From Leucoraja ocellata (Eukaryota), in assembly GCA_036785375.1 (NCBI GenBank), contig JAWMAR010000058.1:6324001-6388000 (forward strand): 64,000 nucleotides of DNA, in the 5' to 3' direction. Positions within the stretch are counted from its first letter, which is position 1. Every line of letters begins with the position of its first letter. Both the position numbers and the translations under genes were made by a program. The notes beneath the pieces are model-generated. The model was given only the letters and a program-made list of their open reading frames with translations. It was not told where the DNA came from and did not search any database. This document shows positions 36,941 to 50,187 of the stretch, one piece after another.

Positions 36941-38899
36941 TAACATGACTCCTGTCAGTTCTCTAGTGTGGCCATAATAACTATGAACGTTTATCCTAAT
37001 GCAGTATACCCAATACAGTAGAGATCAGTAGAAAATACAACATATATGGCTTCGCATCCACTGGATTAAAGTGACTGAGTAATTTGTTATCCCCATTTAA
37101 CAAATCAAGTGTATTGAAAGTAAACATGCAATCTAGTTTATTTTTGCCAGTAAATATATTGGAAGTCATCTGGACTAATAACACTCCAGGTTTATGTAGA
37201 CTCTCAGAAAGATATATGACTGGCAATTTAACTTTCTGTTTGGGGAATTGTCAGGCAGGATTGAAAATAAGAACTGAATATTAACCAATTAATAATTTGT
37301 TTGCAGTAAAAGGCCATCGTCTTTAATAGTATTTTCCCTGTGCAAATATGATCTAAATATTGAGTGGTGTAAATATAAAGAAACTGTTTTTCAGGCTCAC
37401 TCAAGCTGTCCTTAAATCCTGCAAATGCCAGCGTTTACTTCCAGCTTTTTCTCACCTTTTCAGTTCAAGAAATTTTAACTGTCTCTTGAGTTTGATGCAA
37501 TGTCACTGTCAGAGTCGAGCCTTTTCTCATCAACTCTCTGTGGTTGGATTTAATGGACGCTAATCAAGAGAGAGACCCCTCGCTGATTTGACTTTCTTTG
37601 TGCTCTTTCCCTCAGGAGCACTTACGCTGGTTGCATTACCTGTGGTTTAACTAAGGTAAATTAACACATTCAGTGGTTGAAAAAGACATTGTTGTCTTAT
37701 TATAAACCATTGCCAGGGGGTTCATATTAGTGATTTGAGACAAAATTTGACACCAAACGATGTAAATAGACTACTGAATCATAAAATGGTTGCAAGACAG
37801 AAGGCTGTTTTGTCCTATGTATGTCTACTGGCTCTCAACCAGAGCAACTTTCTCTTCAGTTACCATGCACACTTGTGACTTAACATCCTTTTTGGGTAAG
37901 TGCCAGGCAAGACTAACTGAAATAAATCTAATTGTAATTCTGTACAACAACATGAGCAGGAGGGAGCTTCCTTTGATTTCAGTCACTTTTTCTTCTTTGC
38001 ACTTCAGAACATGAAGAAACACACTGTATTGACGATTTTCTTTGTCCATCCCATCACTTGTTAGAGATGCGCCTTGCTGGGTGGAATTCTAAAGTTATTT
38101 CCAGCATTCATGTTTTCCAGATGAATTTGCTGGCCTATTGGTCTTTACCAGAGAGTTATTCCAGTTAGTTGCTTTTTTTCAGAGGCTGGAACTTCTCTAC
38201 AGTGGATGTGGGATCCATTAGGAAGCACACTATCTGACATTTGAAGAATGCAGATGATGATTAATAAGGCCAAAGCTACATTTTGTTCATTTGACCATTA
38301 CCATGTGAAAAATGGCAAGAAGGCAGGAAGGAGTATTGAGGACCTCCCCCCCCCCCCCCCCCCCCCCCCCCCCCACACCAGAGCTAAAATACCAACCAGT
38401 TACCATATATATTTTATATATACCAAAGTATATAAAATATATACCAAAGTATATATAAAATAGTGGAATTATCAAAATTGAATTTATAAGAGGCCAAATT
38501 GTAAGAGGCCAAATTGGCAAGTCATGTTGTGGTTTGAAAACATGGAGGAGAATTATAGAATGTAATCCTCACTTGGGCATTTGACTGTTCCTCTAAATCT
38601 TTGCACGTTTCTCATCCAGCACCCATTACAAGTGCCATCTGGTCCATAATTCCTCTGTACACGTTGCCTTGCATTGGGCAATAAATCCTCTTTTCTATTT
38701 TTGTTGACCTGCATTGACTCATTACCCCATTATACATTAATCTCAAAATAATTGTCTTTATTATCCACGATAAACAAATGATTGGATCATTATCTAAGTG
38801 ATATTTGATGGGTACAGCTTTGTATCAAGTGGCTATTTCATTTCCCGCATTCATTTTAGATGTAATTATTATTGTACTTCATTGACTTTCGCATCCGCT

Positions 38900-39092
38900 C
38901 CCTACACATTTTACGCAGGTCAATTAACCTATAATTTGGGATGTGGAAGAAAACCTGAGCACATGGAGGATACATATTTAGTCACAAGAAGAACGTGCAA
39001 ACTCCACACGGACATCAACCGAGGTCAGGAGTGAACCCAGGTCTCTGGCATTGTGAGGCGGGAGCTCTACTAGCTGCACCACTGTGCTGCCC
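38900..39092 (-). mobile_element. HE1-like SINE, 5' two-thirds
   Basis: Ends gctgcaccactgtgctgccc, the reverse of the tRNA-like head. Confidence 0.8.
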
Positions 39093-39905
39093 CTTTTCTT
39101 TTGACTGTGGACTTTTAAATACCTCTCAGCATCTTTCTATCCAACTATCAGAGCCTTAAACTAATGTTTTCAATACTAGAGAACTCCTTCCTGACGGTAT
39201 TTTCCTCCATCTTCAAAACACTCAGTATTCTTCTCAATCCGACAGTCATTGCTTCTGCACATCTGGGCTTGGCATCTGTTCTCCCCAAGCTTAGTTGTGA
39301 AACATCTGGAATTTTATATTGGCATTCGTGGTGTAGTAAAGAAAGGTGCCAGCTTTGTAATGTTGGAATTGACCTGGTAGTAATATATTTCAAAATTGCT
39401 TTGCGTCTTGAGAAGTGCCATTAAAGATTGGCAAGGCATAGCTTTACCCATTCAAGACTGGTAAATATATTAGCCACATATTTTCCCCCCAACATTCAGC
39501 TTAAAATTAATGACACTTCAATAGGCTCCTTGTAAAAAGAAAAATAGATTTGGAAAAGAAAGCCACCAGAGGAACAGGTTTGTTTAATTTGAGACAATTT
39601 TCATTCCTCCTCTGCAATGTTGCCAAATCATCTCAAAATAATGGATGAAGGATTCTGGAGGTTCCCAGAACTTGTATTCTAACGAGCCCTCTGTTAGAAA
39701 GCAAAAGCAAAATTTTGAAGGTTAGACCATTTGATGTTTTTTATTAGGTGTAATTGAGAAATCTTGCCAGATCGTTCTTTGTTACTTGGGTTTCAATGAA
39801 GTTAGAAAGAAATGAGCCTGGAAATGTTATTGCACAGCAGAGTATAGAAGAAAAATGATTGTGTATGCACTACAAAATGTCATTTGATGCCATCTACACT
39901 ATTCT

Positions 39906-40142
39906 GTTTAGTTTAGTTTAGAAATACGGCGCAGAAACAGGCCCTTCGGCCCATCGAGTCACGCCAACCAGCGATCCCCGCACACTAACACTATCCTACA
40001 TACACTAAGGACGATTTACAATTAACCTACAAATCTGTACATCTTTAGAGTGTGGGAGGAAACTGCAGCACCCGGGTAAACCCACGCAGGTCACGGGGAG
40101 AACGTACAATCTCCATACAGACAGCACCCGTGGTGAGGATCA
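39906..40142 (-). mobile_element. HE1-like SINE lacking its head
   Basis: (GTTTA)n tail, gaaacaggcccttcggccc, ccatacagacagcacccg. Confidence 0.85.
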
Positions 40143-41481
40143 TAAATAATTTGGGGGTCTTTAGATTTGTGCAGCTCCTTCACATCCATGAGGCAATTAA
40201 TCAATTACTTTTGCCTTTCAGTATTACATGAGCAAAGTTGCAGTTGGTATACCATAAATTGCAAATAATAGGTTGGTTAGAAAAAGAAAATCAGTTTGTG
40301 AGGATTATTACTCTCTTTTACGGCTCCCCTGTTCCATTGTTCAAAATATCTTCTGCCCTGTCCACGAGGACATCACTACGTTTCTGGTTGAGTTGCTGGT
40401 AATTGTCCTGTGGCTTTGTGCATTTTCTGTGATTCCTCACTCTGTGACTAAGTGTGCCTTGATACAAATAATTCATGATTGTGTGTGATTCTTTTCCACA
40501 GGTGCATTTGATCGACAGACAATGGCAATTACATTCTGCCCACTTTCAGTTCATTCTGGGCTCCATTCCTTCTTTTACTCCAGTGGGGCACACTCTGGAA
40601 TAAACCATCCATGAATGATTTGTTAGTCCAGTTGACAGGTTGCTAATGCAAAATGTGTTTTACATGCATTTTTGTGGTAATTTGTACCAGAAAACATTTG
40701 TCTACCAGAAAATGTTTGCATAATATTCATGTACCACTGTCAATTATGTTTCAGTGAAAATGTACCGTGTTTGAGATGTATTATGTTTTACCTGAGGTGG
40801 TTACAAAATTCAACCTCTAGTCTTGAGTGGATCATCCATAATCAATTGAATAATGCAGCAAATTAATGGTCTATTCCTGCACCTGCTGCACCCACTGTTT
40901 ATAGGTTAGGTATTGAAAATACACTAAACCAAAGTTCAGAGTTATAATTTGCTGATGCAGAATATTTCACAGATATCAGTGTTGGGTAGCCCATCACTTG
41001 GACTATCTCTGTCACCTCTCTTCCCTTTCTTAATTCTCTGTCTCCACCACAGGGGACAGACTATCAACTGACCTCTACTACAAACTTACTGACTCCCACG
41101 GTTATTTGGACTACACCTTCCATCCTACTTCTTGCAAAGATGCTATCCCCTAGAGTTAATTTCTCCGTCTCTGCTGCATCGGCTCCCAAGATTTCCCATT
41201 TTCTTTTGTAAATGTGTTTTCCACCCTGCTGTAATAAATGTTTTCCTCATCGATGTATCCTCTTCGTCCCGTAATTCCGCTCTCGTTCCCTCTCTTTCCA
41301 GAGTTTCCATGTCCATTACCTTTCACCCCACCAGCCGTCACATCCAATACATCATTCGCTGACATTTCCACCACATTCTTTAACATTTTCATAATGATCC
41401 AACCATCCAGTCTCATCTTCCCATCCCCACCCATTTCTGCCATCCACAGAGACTGCTCACTCCGCAACTCCTAGGTTCATT

Positions 41482-41682
41482 ATAAGGTCTTAAGGTCATG
41501 TGATAAGAGCAGAATTATGCCATCCGGCCTATCAAGTCTACTCCACCATTCAATCATGGCTGATCTATCTCTCCATCCTAACCCCATTCTGCTGCCTTCT
41601 CCCCATAACCTCTGATACCTGTACTAATCAAAAATATATCTATCTCTGCCTTAAAAATATCCACTGACTTGGCCTCCATAGC
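41482..41682 (-). mobile_element. CR1 3' tail inserted in the Penelope element
   Basis: Homologous to 17196-17395. Confidence 0.85.
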
Positions 41683-41907
41683 CAATTCATTCATCCGTTC
41701 CCACGCAGACCACCACCTTTTCACGTACTTTCCCCTTGAGCCACAGGAGATCCACCACCTGTCCTTACACCACCTCCCTCAGAGGTTCACATGCTCGCCC
41801 TCTAACCACATCTACTGCATTCAGTGTTCCCAATGTGGCCTCCTTTACAACGGCGACACCGAAATGTAGACTCCCCATCCCTATACTGAACTTTCCATTG
41901 CGGACTC

Positions 41908-42120
41908 TGTGGCGGCACCTGGTGGCAACCCAATGAACCATCGGCTCTAGAGGGCGGCGTCTTGGTGTAGGAGGCGCTAGTCATGGGGTTGGTATTTAAG
42001 GCCGGGCAACGCCCGTGACCTGGGTGGAGTAGGGAGCTGTATTGGAGAGAATAACATGTCCAGTGCACGCAACACGTGTATGATTAGTTTTTGGCTGGAC
42101 TCCTATTCGTCCCCACTACA
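41908..42120 (+). mobile_element. Solo LTR (Gypsy-type, 213 bp) inserted in the Penelope element
   Basis: TGTGGCGG...CCACTACA termini; 4-bp TSD ACTC at 41904-07 and 42121-24; TATTTAA box; AATAAC poly(A)-like site; Penelope sequence resumes after it. Confidence 0.8.
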
Positions 42121-44511
42121 ACTCCTCCATTTCCAGAGTGAGAATACGTGCAAACTTGAGGAACAGCATCTCATATTCCACTTGGATAGTTTACAATCTA
42201 ATGATATGAATATTGAATTCTCCAAATATGGGTAACTAACCTACAGACAGCCATCCTGCTTCCTTTTCCCCCTCCTTTCACACCCTCCACCCACCTTTTT
42301 TTCACCCTCTCTCTTCCCTTTCCCCATCTAGACTCACACCCATTTTACATCCTCCCACCTGGCTTCGACCTGTATTCCTTCCTCTGGCTTCACATTCACA
42401 CCTGTTCTATCTTCATCTCACACTTTTTGTCTTTTTTTCTCTGGCCTTTGCCCAACCATTTGCTTACTAACCTCCACACACCTCACCGCCCCCACCCCCA
42501 CCTGTATCCACCTGTGATTTACCAGACTTTGTCCTGGCCCTCCTCTCTTCAAGCTGTCGTCCAACCCAGCACAATCAGTCTGAAGAATGGTCCTGACCTG
42601 ACACGTCAGGTATCGATGTTCTCCAGTGATACTGCCTGACTCGCTGAATTACTCCAGCACTTTGTGTTTCTTTCTATGAACCAGCATCTACAGTTACTTG
42701 TATCTGCACTCATAGTATATAAATAAAGAATGTAGACTTTGTGAAAAAACTAAAGCAATTTAAAAATGGTAAATGGAGCTAAAATGGCAAAATACAATAA
42801 GAATTATTTTGGGACAACAGGTTGGATGTCTCAATGGATACTTTTATTGACAAAATTGAAGAAATCCATTTTGGAAGTAAAAATAGGGGATATGATCATC
42901 TTGATATTAAGGAAGATTAAAGAAATTTCAATGGCATAGTGCATTTCATAAGCTCTGGTCCAATATTTTTTATCTCTCACCTGAACACTGCAGTGTGGGT
43001 TCAGTTTGACATTTTATCCGAAAACTGTTCCAAATGTGCACCATAGCCAGTGTACTGCATTGGAGTATCACTCTGCTTTATGTGTGGATTGATCCCATTT
43101 CTCTTTGATCCATCAGCAAGAGTGCCACAACTCAAGGATGACCCTTTAATAGAGATCACAAAGTAGATACAAATGGACTTTAACAAAGTAATCTTATATT
43201 TGGATATATGGAGATGGAGAAGGTGTAACTAAAAGGATGAAGGTGTAATCACGCGAGTGTTTAGTTAAGCTTTCATCGTTTTGTTATGTGCAACATTGGG
43301 TGCCTTATCTTTTTTAAGATATGATAGTAATTGGAAAGACTTAATAAGGGTGTTAGCAAGGATGTTATGAAGAGATGAGTAAGGAGAGGAGTTTTTTGTT
43401 CTGCGGAAACCGAGAAAGTTAACGGTTACCCTGACAGAGGTCTTCGTGTTTGCCGAACTGTTAGGTTCAGTGAGATGGCAACAAGAATACATGGATTGAA
43501 GATAATCACAAAAGTCTTCAAGCGGAAGATTGAGGAATGTTTTGCATAGCAGATGGTTTGATTGTAGCATTCATTGCCAAAAACATTGAAGCACAATCAG
43601 TATTTTTTTTAATTGCTTATAAAAGAATATTACAGATTATGTGGATCAAGTAGTATTGTGGAATTAGATTAGGTGATTACATAGAAGGAATGCCAGCATA
43701 TATATACTATGACTAACAAAGTAAATAATCAAGAGAAAATTGCAGGAATTTATAGCTCATGATTTGCTTTACACAGCAGTACATTGCTACATAAATCTGT
43801 GACTACCTGCGGTGTTAATAAATCTGTGACTACCTGTGGTGTTAAAAAAACAATCCTATCTAACTTGTTCTCCTCTGTTGGCTAGCCATTAAAACTGAAA
43901 AATCTAAATTATGGGAATGTTTAGGGTTCTAAAAGTACAGCCAAATTGTCATTATTGCATTTTGAAATTATATCTCATAATTACTTAATTTCCTCCATAA
44001 GCGGCTTCAAGGTTTGTCTTTTATTGCCATTACAGTGGCATCGACCAAAAGCAATGCTACGTTTCCTCTTAACTCCTCCGCAATTGCAGATCAAAATCAT
44101 AAATTGGAGGCAGTTAGGCAATCCATTTGTTTTAGGGGTTAAACACAATATTTCAAGAGTGAATATTGAGAAAGCTCTGAGGTCATGAGGTTAAGTCTTG
44201 ATGATTTTACCCCTTCACATAGATTATGAGGTGATTGAATCTAATTTTAATGATGTTTTACATGATTTGAAGAGTTGGTAGGGTTGACAGGGAGAAACTA
44301 TTAAAGGGTAGAGCAGAACAAAAGCACATGTCAAAATTAGGACCGATCACTTCCCTACCACTAATAAGCTTCCAGCTGTTACTATGATAGATGGGCAAAA
44401 ATTCATGAATGGAAATCTTGGTCTATCCTCCAAAAAGCAGTTGAAGCAATGGGTTCGATTTTTTTTTCAGCTTGATAATTGTTTGTTTGCCAGTGATGCT
44501 TTAGAGACTTA

Positions 44512-44829
44512 AGGGCCTGTCCCACTGTACGAGCTAATTCAAGAGCTCTCCCGAGTTTAAAAAAAAAATCAAACTCGTGGTAAGCACGTAGAATGTACGT
44601 AGCGGGTACGTCGGTGCTCGGGACGTCTCTTAGTGGCTCGTAACGCTAACAGCAGGTATTCGGGAAACGCGGTAAGCTCGTGAAGACTCATGAAGATTTT
44701 TCAACATGTTGAAAAATGTCCACAAGAGCTCTGAGCACATACGAGTGGCAATTACCGTAATTCTCCGAGTTCGAATCAAGGTAAACTCAGAAGAACTCTT
44801 GAATTAGTTTGTACAATGAGACAGCCCCT
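44512..44829. mobile_element. PIF/Harbinger-type MITE
   Basis: TTA TSD at 44509-11 and 44830-32; imperfect TIRs of about 47 bp, AGGGCCTGTCCCACTGTACGAGCTAATTCAAGAG and CTCTTGAATTAGTTTGTACAATGAGACAGCCCCT. Confidence 0.88.
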
Positions 44830-44884
44830 TTAAGATGGTTAAATAATAATGAACAGATCAGATTTGATCTAATTTGATCTAATC

Positions 44885-45122
44885 TCTTTTTCCCCACACA
44901 TAGGATGGGTGGGTATAAGGAATGAGCTGTCAGAGAATGTAGTTGAGGCAGGTACTATGATAGCATTTAAAAGACCCTTGGACAGGTAAATAAGCAGGAA
45001 AAGTTTAGAGGGATATTGGTCAAACGTGGGCAAATGGGACCATCTTAGATGGGGCAACTTGATCGTCATGGATGAGTTGGGCCAAAAGGCCTTTTTCTGT
45101 GCTGTATGCCTCTGTCAGTCTG
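44885..45122 (+). mobile_element. CR1 3' end
   Basis: Homologous to 16140-16345. Confidence 0.8.
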
Positions 45123-46434
45123 TAAATGGCAGACAGTTGATTTGCCGACATCATTTCCTTTTTCTTTGTAGGTCGAAAAAAACCAAAAGTAGTGTGGTAC
45201 CTAAAGATCCAAAGTCTTTTGTGTTGCTGTTGACCCTACTTAGTGCGCTCTGCTTTCCTGCACATAATGTGGCCACGCATATTCCTACTCTTCTTGTGAC
45301 AAAACAACTATTGTCTTCAAGTCTACTGGGTATTTAAAAGGCAGTTTAATATCTTTTCTTCCAAGGAAACAGATTTGTTGTTTAAACTTGGCCAGCAGAA
45401 AAGATGTTATTATCCATTCTGTTACACGTGGCAGAAGGAAGTTCTGTGGTTTTTGGACATTTGCCACAGCTAAGGCTTGTGAACTCAGTTCATCAAAAAC
45501 TCTGACGCTGCAGTCTTCCTGATATTGTGCGGATTACTCTGCACTTTTTATTTAGCCACTGAGATATCAGAAGGCAGAATGGTTCAATTAAGTACTGTGT
45601 GCCAAGATCTCTTGCTGCCTAAACCCTAAAATTCAAAATGGATTTGAATAGATTTGTTAAAAGTTGACCCTGCTCCTTGGAGGCAAAAATCTAATTATTG
45701 CAGAGCTGCAGGGATTTGGGCAATTTTGATTACAGTTAATAACAGAGTTAGATCCAGCCATGTAAGTCCAGTACTCTTTTGACATTCTAATTACACATAA
45801 TAGAAGTAAGTGAAGTGATCCAAATTGGATAACCTGCCATTATAAATTAAAAAGGAAGTGCAGCATCAATCTGCTGTCATTACCTCTTTTGACAAATATA
45901 GTATTGTATACAATTTGCAAATCGAACCAGGGTTATATCTCCAGCAGAACATTATTGTTGTATGTTCTAGGTGGGTGTCTTTACTGAGTGAAGTGTGGAC
46001 AGTGTTACAGGAGACCTAATTTCGTGTTTTTTTTTGAAGTGTAGTACATATTGAAATTATGGTGAGATCACTTAATATTCAAGATTTTATTATTGTGTTT
46101 CATCCATTTTATTGTGTAGAATCTTTTATTAGAATCAGTCAGCCTTTTTAAGGGAATTTTCATTGTAGTCTCTACATGCATAGGTGTGAAGGATCCAGAA
46201 TCCGATGTGAAGAATATTTGCATTCCAGAGTTCTATTCTATTATTGTTCTGTTATAATAGATGCCAGGTGCATTTTTGCAGTAAACGAGAATTCCTACCC
46301 TGCTGATTGGTGCCTTGCCAATCTGCTGGAAATATTGTCGTGTACCCATATGGAATACAGGGCGAAGGTTCATCAACTGTAATTCCTTTACAATTTCTTG
46401 CATAACTTTCAGCAAGTAATTTATGCATTTATCA

Positions 46435-46960
46435 TTTTGTCAGGATGTGTTTGTTGATGACATTTGGGCATTGTCCATCTTTGATTGCCCATGGAATGGT
46501 GGGGGTGAGCAGCCTACTTGACCTGTTGCAGTCCTTCCAGTGAAATCAGTTCCACAATGCTGTTGGGAAGGTAGTTCCATGATTTAGACCTTGAGATGAT
46601 GAATCACAAATGATATATTTCCACGTCAGGGTGGCATTTAAGGTTAAGGAAGTTTGCAAGTACTGGTGTTCTTTGACATCTTTTCCCCTTGACCTTGATG
46701 TTAGAGTTGTCACAGTAGCCTGGACAAGTATCTGCAATGTATTTTGTAGCTGGTACACAGTACACCATTGATGGAGGAAAGAAAAACTTTGAAAGGTGGG
46801 TAGTTACAAAGTTTTAAACCTCTTAAATGTTGTAGATCCCTACTCATCAAGGTAAGTGGAGGGTATTATTTTCATGACGTGACATGGAGAAGGTGGAAAG
46901 ACTTTGCAATAGCTGGAGATGAGGCTCTCACAGGAGAATGCCTTACCATTAACCTGCTAG
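46435..46960 (-). mobile_element. Crack/L2-like LINE 3' fragment
   Basis: Same family as 3190-3515 (TLTWKYII...WNYLP motifs on the reverse strand). Confidence 0.6.
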
Positions 46961-46964
46961 TGAG

Positions 46965-47255
46965 GGTAGGAACAGGAAGACATGACAGATGAATGCGTCA
47001 CTGAGGAGTTGGTGCAGCAGGCGGAGATTCAGATTTTTGGACCATTGGAAACTCTTCTGGAGCAGAGGTGACTTCTACAAGAGTACCTGAACTAGAGGGG
47101 CGAAACAATATCCTGGTGGGCAGGTTTGCTAGTGTTGCTCGGGTGGGGTTAAACTAGTTTGGCAGAGGGCTGGGATCCAATGAAGGAGCGAGGTAGGTAA
47201 GAAGGCTGGAAGTCGGTATAGTAGGTGATGAAAGTAAGTTGAATAGACAGGATAG
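46965..47255 (+). mobile_element. CR1 ORF1 C-terminal fragment
   Basis: FRFLDHWKLFWSRGDFYK...NILVGRFASVARVGLN*. Confidence 0.75.
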
Positions 47256-47329
47256 CCTGATGAGCCCACACTTGGTTACAATGTCGGAACTATGTGCTGC
47301 AAAATACTGCAATTGCTCTGCCAACCTGA

Positions 47330-47830
47330 ACTAAAAGAGTATGCCAGAAATACTCATCATCAGGCAGCATTGAGAAAGACAAAACACAGAGTCAATAATG
47401 CAGGTTGATGACCTTTCATCTGCACTGGCCAGGTTGGAAATCTAAAGCTGTTGAATTTGATATTGAGCTTTAAAGGTTGTAATGTGCCACATTGAAGATT
47501 CTCTTTCCTACGCTTATGTTGGGCTTTATTGGAATATTGTAAAAGACTAAAAGATGGATTTAAGTGGCAGTGGAGCAGAGAATGAAAGTGACAGGAAAGT
47601 GAGCAGAAACTCTGAGTTGCCTTTGCAGACTGAACGTTCTGCAAAATTATATGTTTGGTTTCTCCAGTGCAGAGGAGACCACCTTATAAATGCTAAATGC
47701 TGTACACTGGATAGAGAGAAATATAAGTGAGCCACGGCCTCATTCGGCATGAATATTTTGATCGCTGGATGATTGAAAGGAGAGATAAAGGGCAGGTGTT
47801 GCACCTCGCTTTCAGTTGCGTGGGCAAGTG
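47330..47830 (-). mobile_element. Second, older Penelope fragment (GIY-YIG end and terminal region)
   Basis: Reverse strand GGLLCTGETK and GTLQPLKLNIKFN; hammerhead remnant CAGATGAAAGGTCATCAACCTG at about 47401-47422. Confidence 0.65.
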
Positions 47831-48894
47831 TTCTGTGAAGGGTGGAAATAAAAGAATGATCCAAGAACCACTTGAACCTGTCTATGGTAAGCTGCCTTTA
47901 GTGACTAACGTATCTGCATTCCTATGTTACAACTGGGATCAAGTGTAACCCTGGAGGGGTTTAAGAGACTGAGAAGTAAAACATGATTCACCAGGTTGAA
48001 ATTTCATTTTTAGGTATTCACATTGCTGCTTTCAGCATGGTGCTCATTGTTGAACTACGGAACTTGATCCTCTGACCGTGAGTTACAGGTTACAGTGTAT
48101 TTCATGTGTTGCTTGATGGTGCACTCACCTCATGCATTCCCTGTTTTGAACTGCCAGATTTATCCTGAATCTACCTCATTTATATCATGAACACAGAAGG
48201 TGCCTTTGCTGTGAAGAGGGAACATTATCATACGGACAGTTTGATGCTCGCTTCTACCATCACACAGGCTGTGTCACTTACAACTGGTTGTAGATCGTAG
48301 ATTCACGCAGTTACTGACACCAGTTCCATTGATAGTTATGTCCTTCACTCAGCCAGCTTGCTGTGTGATGGTGCTTCCCCCAAACCCCACACTCACAGTT
48401 CATTTGTTCTCCCTGCTACTTCAATGTTTCTTCCAAACATGGTTCACCATGTGGGAACACTGATCCATCAATTGAGAGAGGAATGTAGGTAGCAATAAGA
48501 AGGCAGTTTCCATTCCCATATTTGACTTAATCGCATGGAAGTTTGGGTTTGGAGTCAAATTTGAGGATTACCAGTACTATTCTTCCCACCTGTTTCCCAT
48601 TGTATTGCCCCATTCGGGCTGAAAAACAGTCCGTACACAAGGATTGTGAGGGACTAGTCTGGGATATTGATTTGTCGGATATAACTGTGAGGAGATCAAG
48701 TCAAGCTGTTGCCCTAAAAAATGTGTGGGATAGCTTGTCTAAACTAGACATCAGTTCCCTGATGTTGTGAAATGAAAATTGCAAACTCATCTGTGTTGTG
48801 AAATAACTTGCTGTTTCCAAATTTGGTACCTAGTTTGATATCAAATGGTCCATCTGGTTTTATACTTTGTCATCTTTAATGTGTTGCAACTGAA

Positions 48895-49165
48895 TAGTTT
48901 TCTGGAGGGCATTCAATAATCAGCCACTGGTCTGGTGTCACGTACAGGCTAGACAGGGGAAGGGTGACATATTCACGTCTGAAGGACATAAGTGAACCAG
49001 ATGGGTTTTATCAATGATCTGGTAATTTCATGATTATCATTAATAACGTGAGATTTTGTAAAGATTACAGATTATTAACTGAATTTAAATTCCACAGCAG
49101 CCACAGTCGTATTTGCACCGACGTCTCAAGACTGTTAGTCCATGTTTTGGGTGACAACCACTGAT
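48895..49165 (-). mobile_element. Old SINE-like repeat, family not assigned
   Basis: aaggacataagtgaaccagatgggtttta...attaactgaatttaaattccac resembles a chondrichthyan interspersed repeat as recalled. Confidence 0.4.
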
Positions 49166-50187
49166 GATAATTCTGACTGAGGGGGTAAAGCCCCAATTTT
49201 AAAAAAAAGAGGTAAAATCAAAAGGATTGCAATGAATTGTACAAGAATCAATTCAACTTTTAAAATTCTGCAAGCTGTGTTTCTTAAAGCCACTAAACAA
49301 CCATTTGGGTTAATCAATCCTGGCATTTTTTGTGATTTGTGCTAATGCTGTGAGAGTTTGGGGAGATGGTGGAGGAGAATTGGGAATAAAATGAAAAGTA
49401 ACCAATGAACTAACATGAAATTGAGCTGTAAATAAAATAATCGAAGCACACCTTGAGTTGAATTTTGATACAACTCCTATTGTAGCACATGCATTGGAAA
49501 ACCAAATGAATATTTCCTCCTAGATAGAGCTGAATTGTACTGATGGTAGGTTAGCATCATATTACACTCCTTCCATTTTGTTATGCAAGTAACACAGCCA
49601 AATGCTGAATCCTTGGTAGAAATCACCTATTTTTTGGAATTGGGTCGTCTCAGAAGCTAGTATTCCCTACCTGTGAGAAAGGGGAATGATGACTTTGATC
49701 TTCTAAATAGTACCAACATGTGTGACACCAGTCAGAACCAAGGGAGTACTACATTACTAGAACTTGCACAGTAAATACGTAAGAAAATAATATGGTCAGA
49801 GGTTGTGGAATCCCTCCTCATAACGTTGAAATTATGTGGTTAGAAATTGGAGGGTGAGGCACTGTGTTTACTCTATACAATCCAATGTTAATTTTAGGCA
49901 GAGCAAATCTTATTAATGATAATTTCCAGGTGAAACCATACCAATTGTGAAAATAAACCAGGCACTTCTGCTTTATTGGCCTGACATTTTCCCAGTGCCA
50001 GAAATGCACCTAATAATCTTAGTCTACATGCAACACACGTTTCATCCCCTTTTAACTTAAATTGGAGTTCTTGGCTCTACAAAACAACCATTACAGGGAG
50101 CAGCCACAGGAGAACCAAGAGCAGAACATGCTTATATTCTTGATTTATTTGGGATTTAAAGTGGCTTTGCTGACATTGGGCCTTTTC

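Larger units (their letters stand above)
41000..42708 (+). mobile_element. Degraded Penelope-like retroelement (RT C-terminus, GIY-YIG endonuclease, 3' terminal repeat with hammerhead remnant)
   Basis: GDRLSTDLYYKLTDSHGYLDYT..HP..CKDAIP; QRFTCSPSNHIYCIQCSQCGLLYNGDT (GIY-YIG); KLEEQHLIFHLDSLQSNDMNIEFS; CTGAAGAatggtcctgacctGACACGTC at 42580. Confidence 0.9.

Noticed and set aside
43791-43844. 27-bp direct repeat pair; also the CTATAGTAT triplet at about 21942-21975
   Set aside because: Simple local tandem duplications with no spacers, so not CRISPR-like, and there is no evidence of function.
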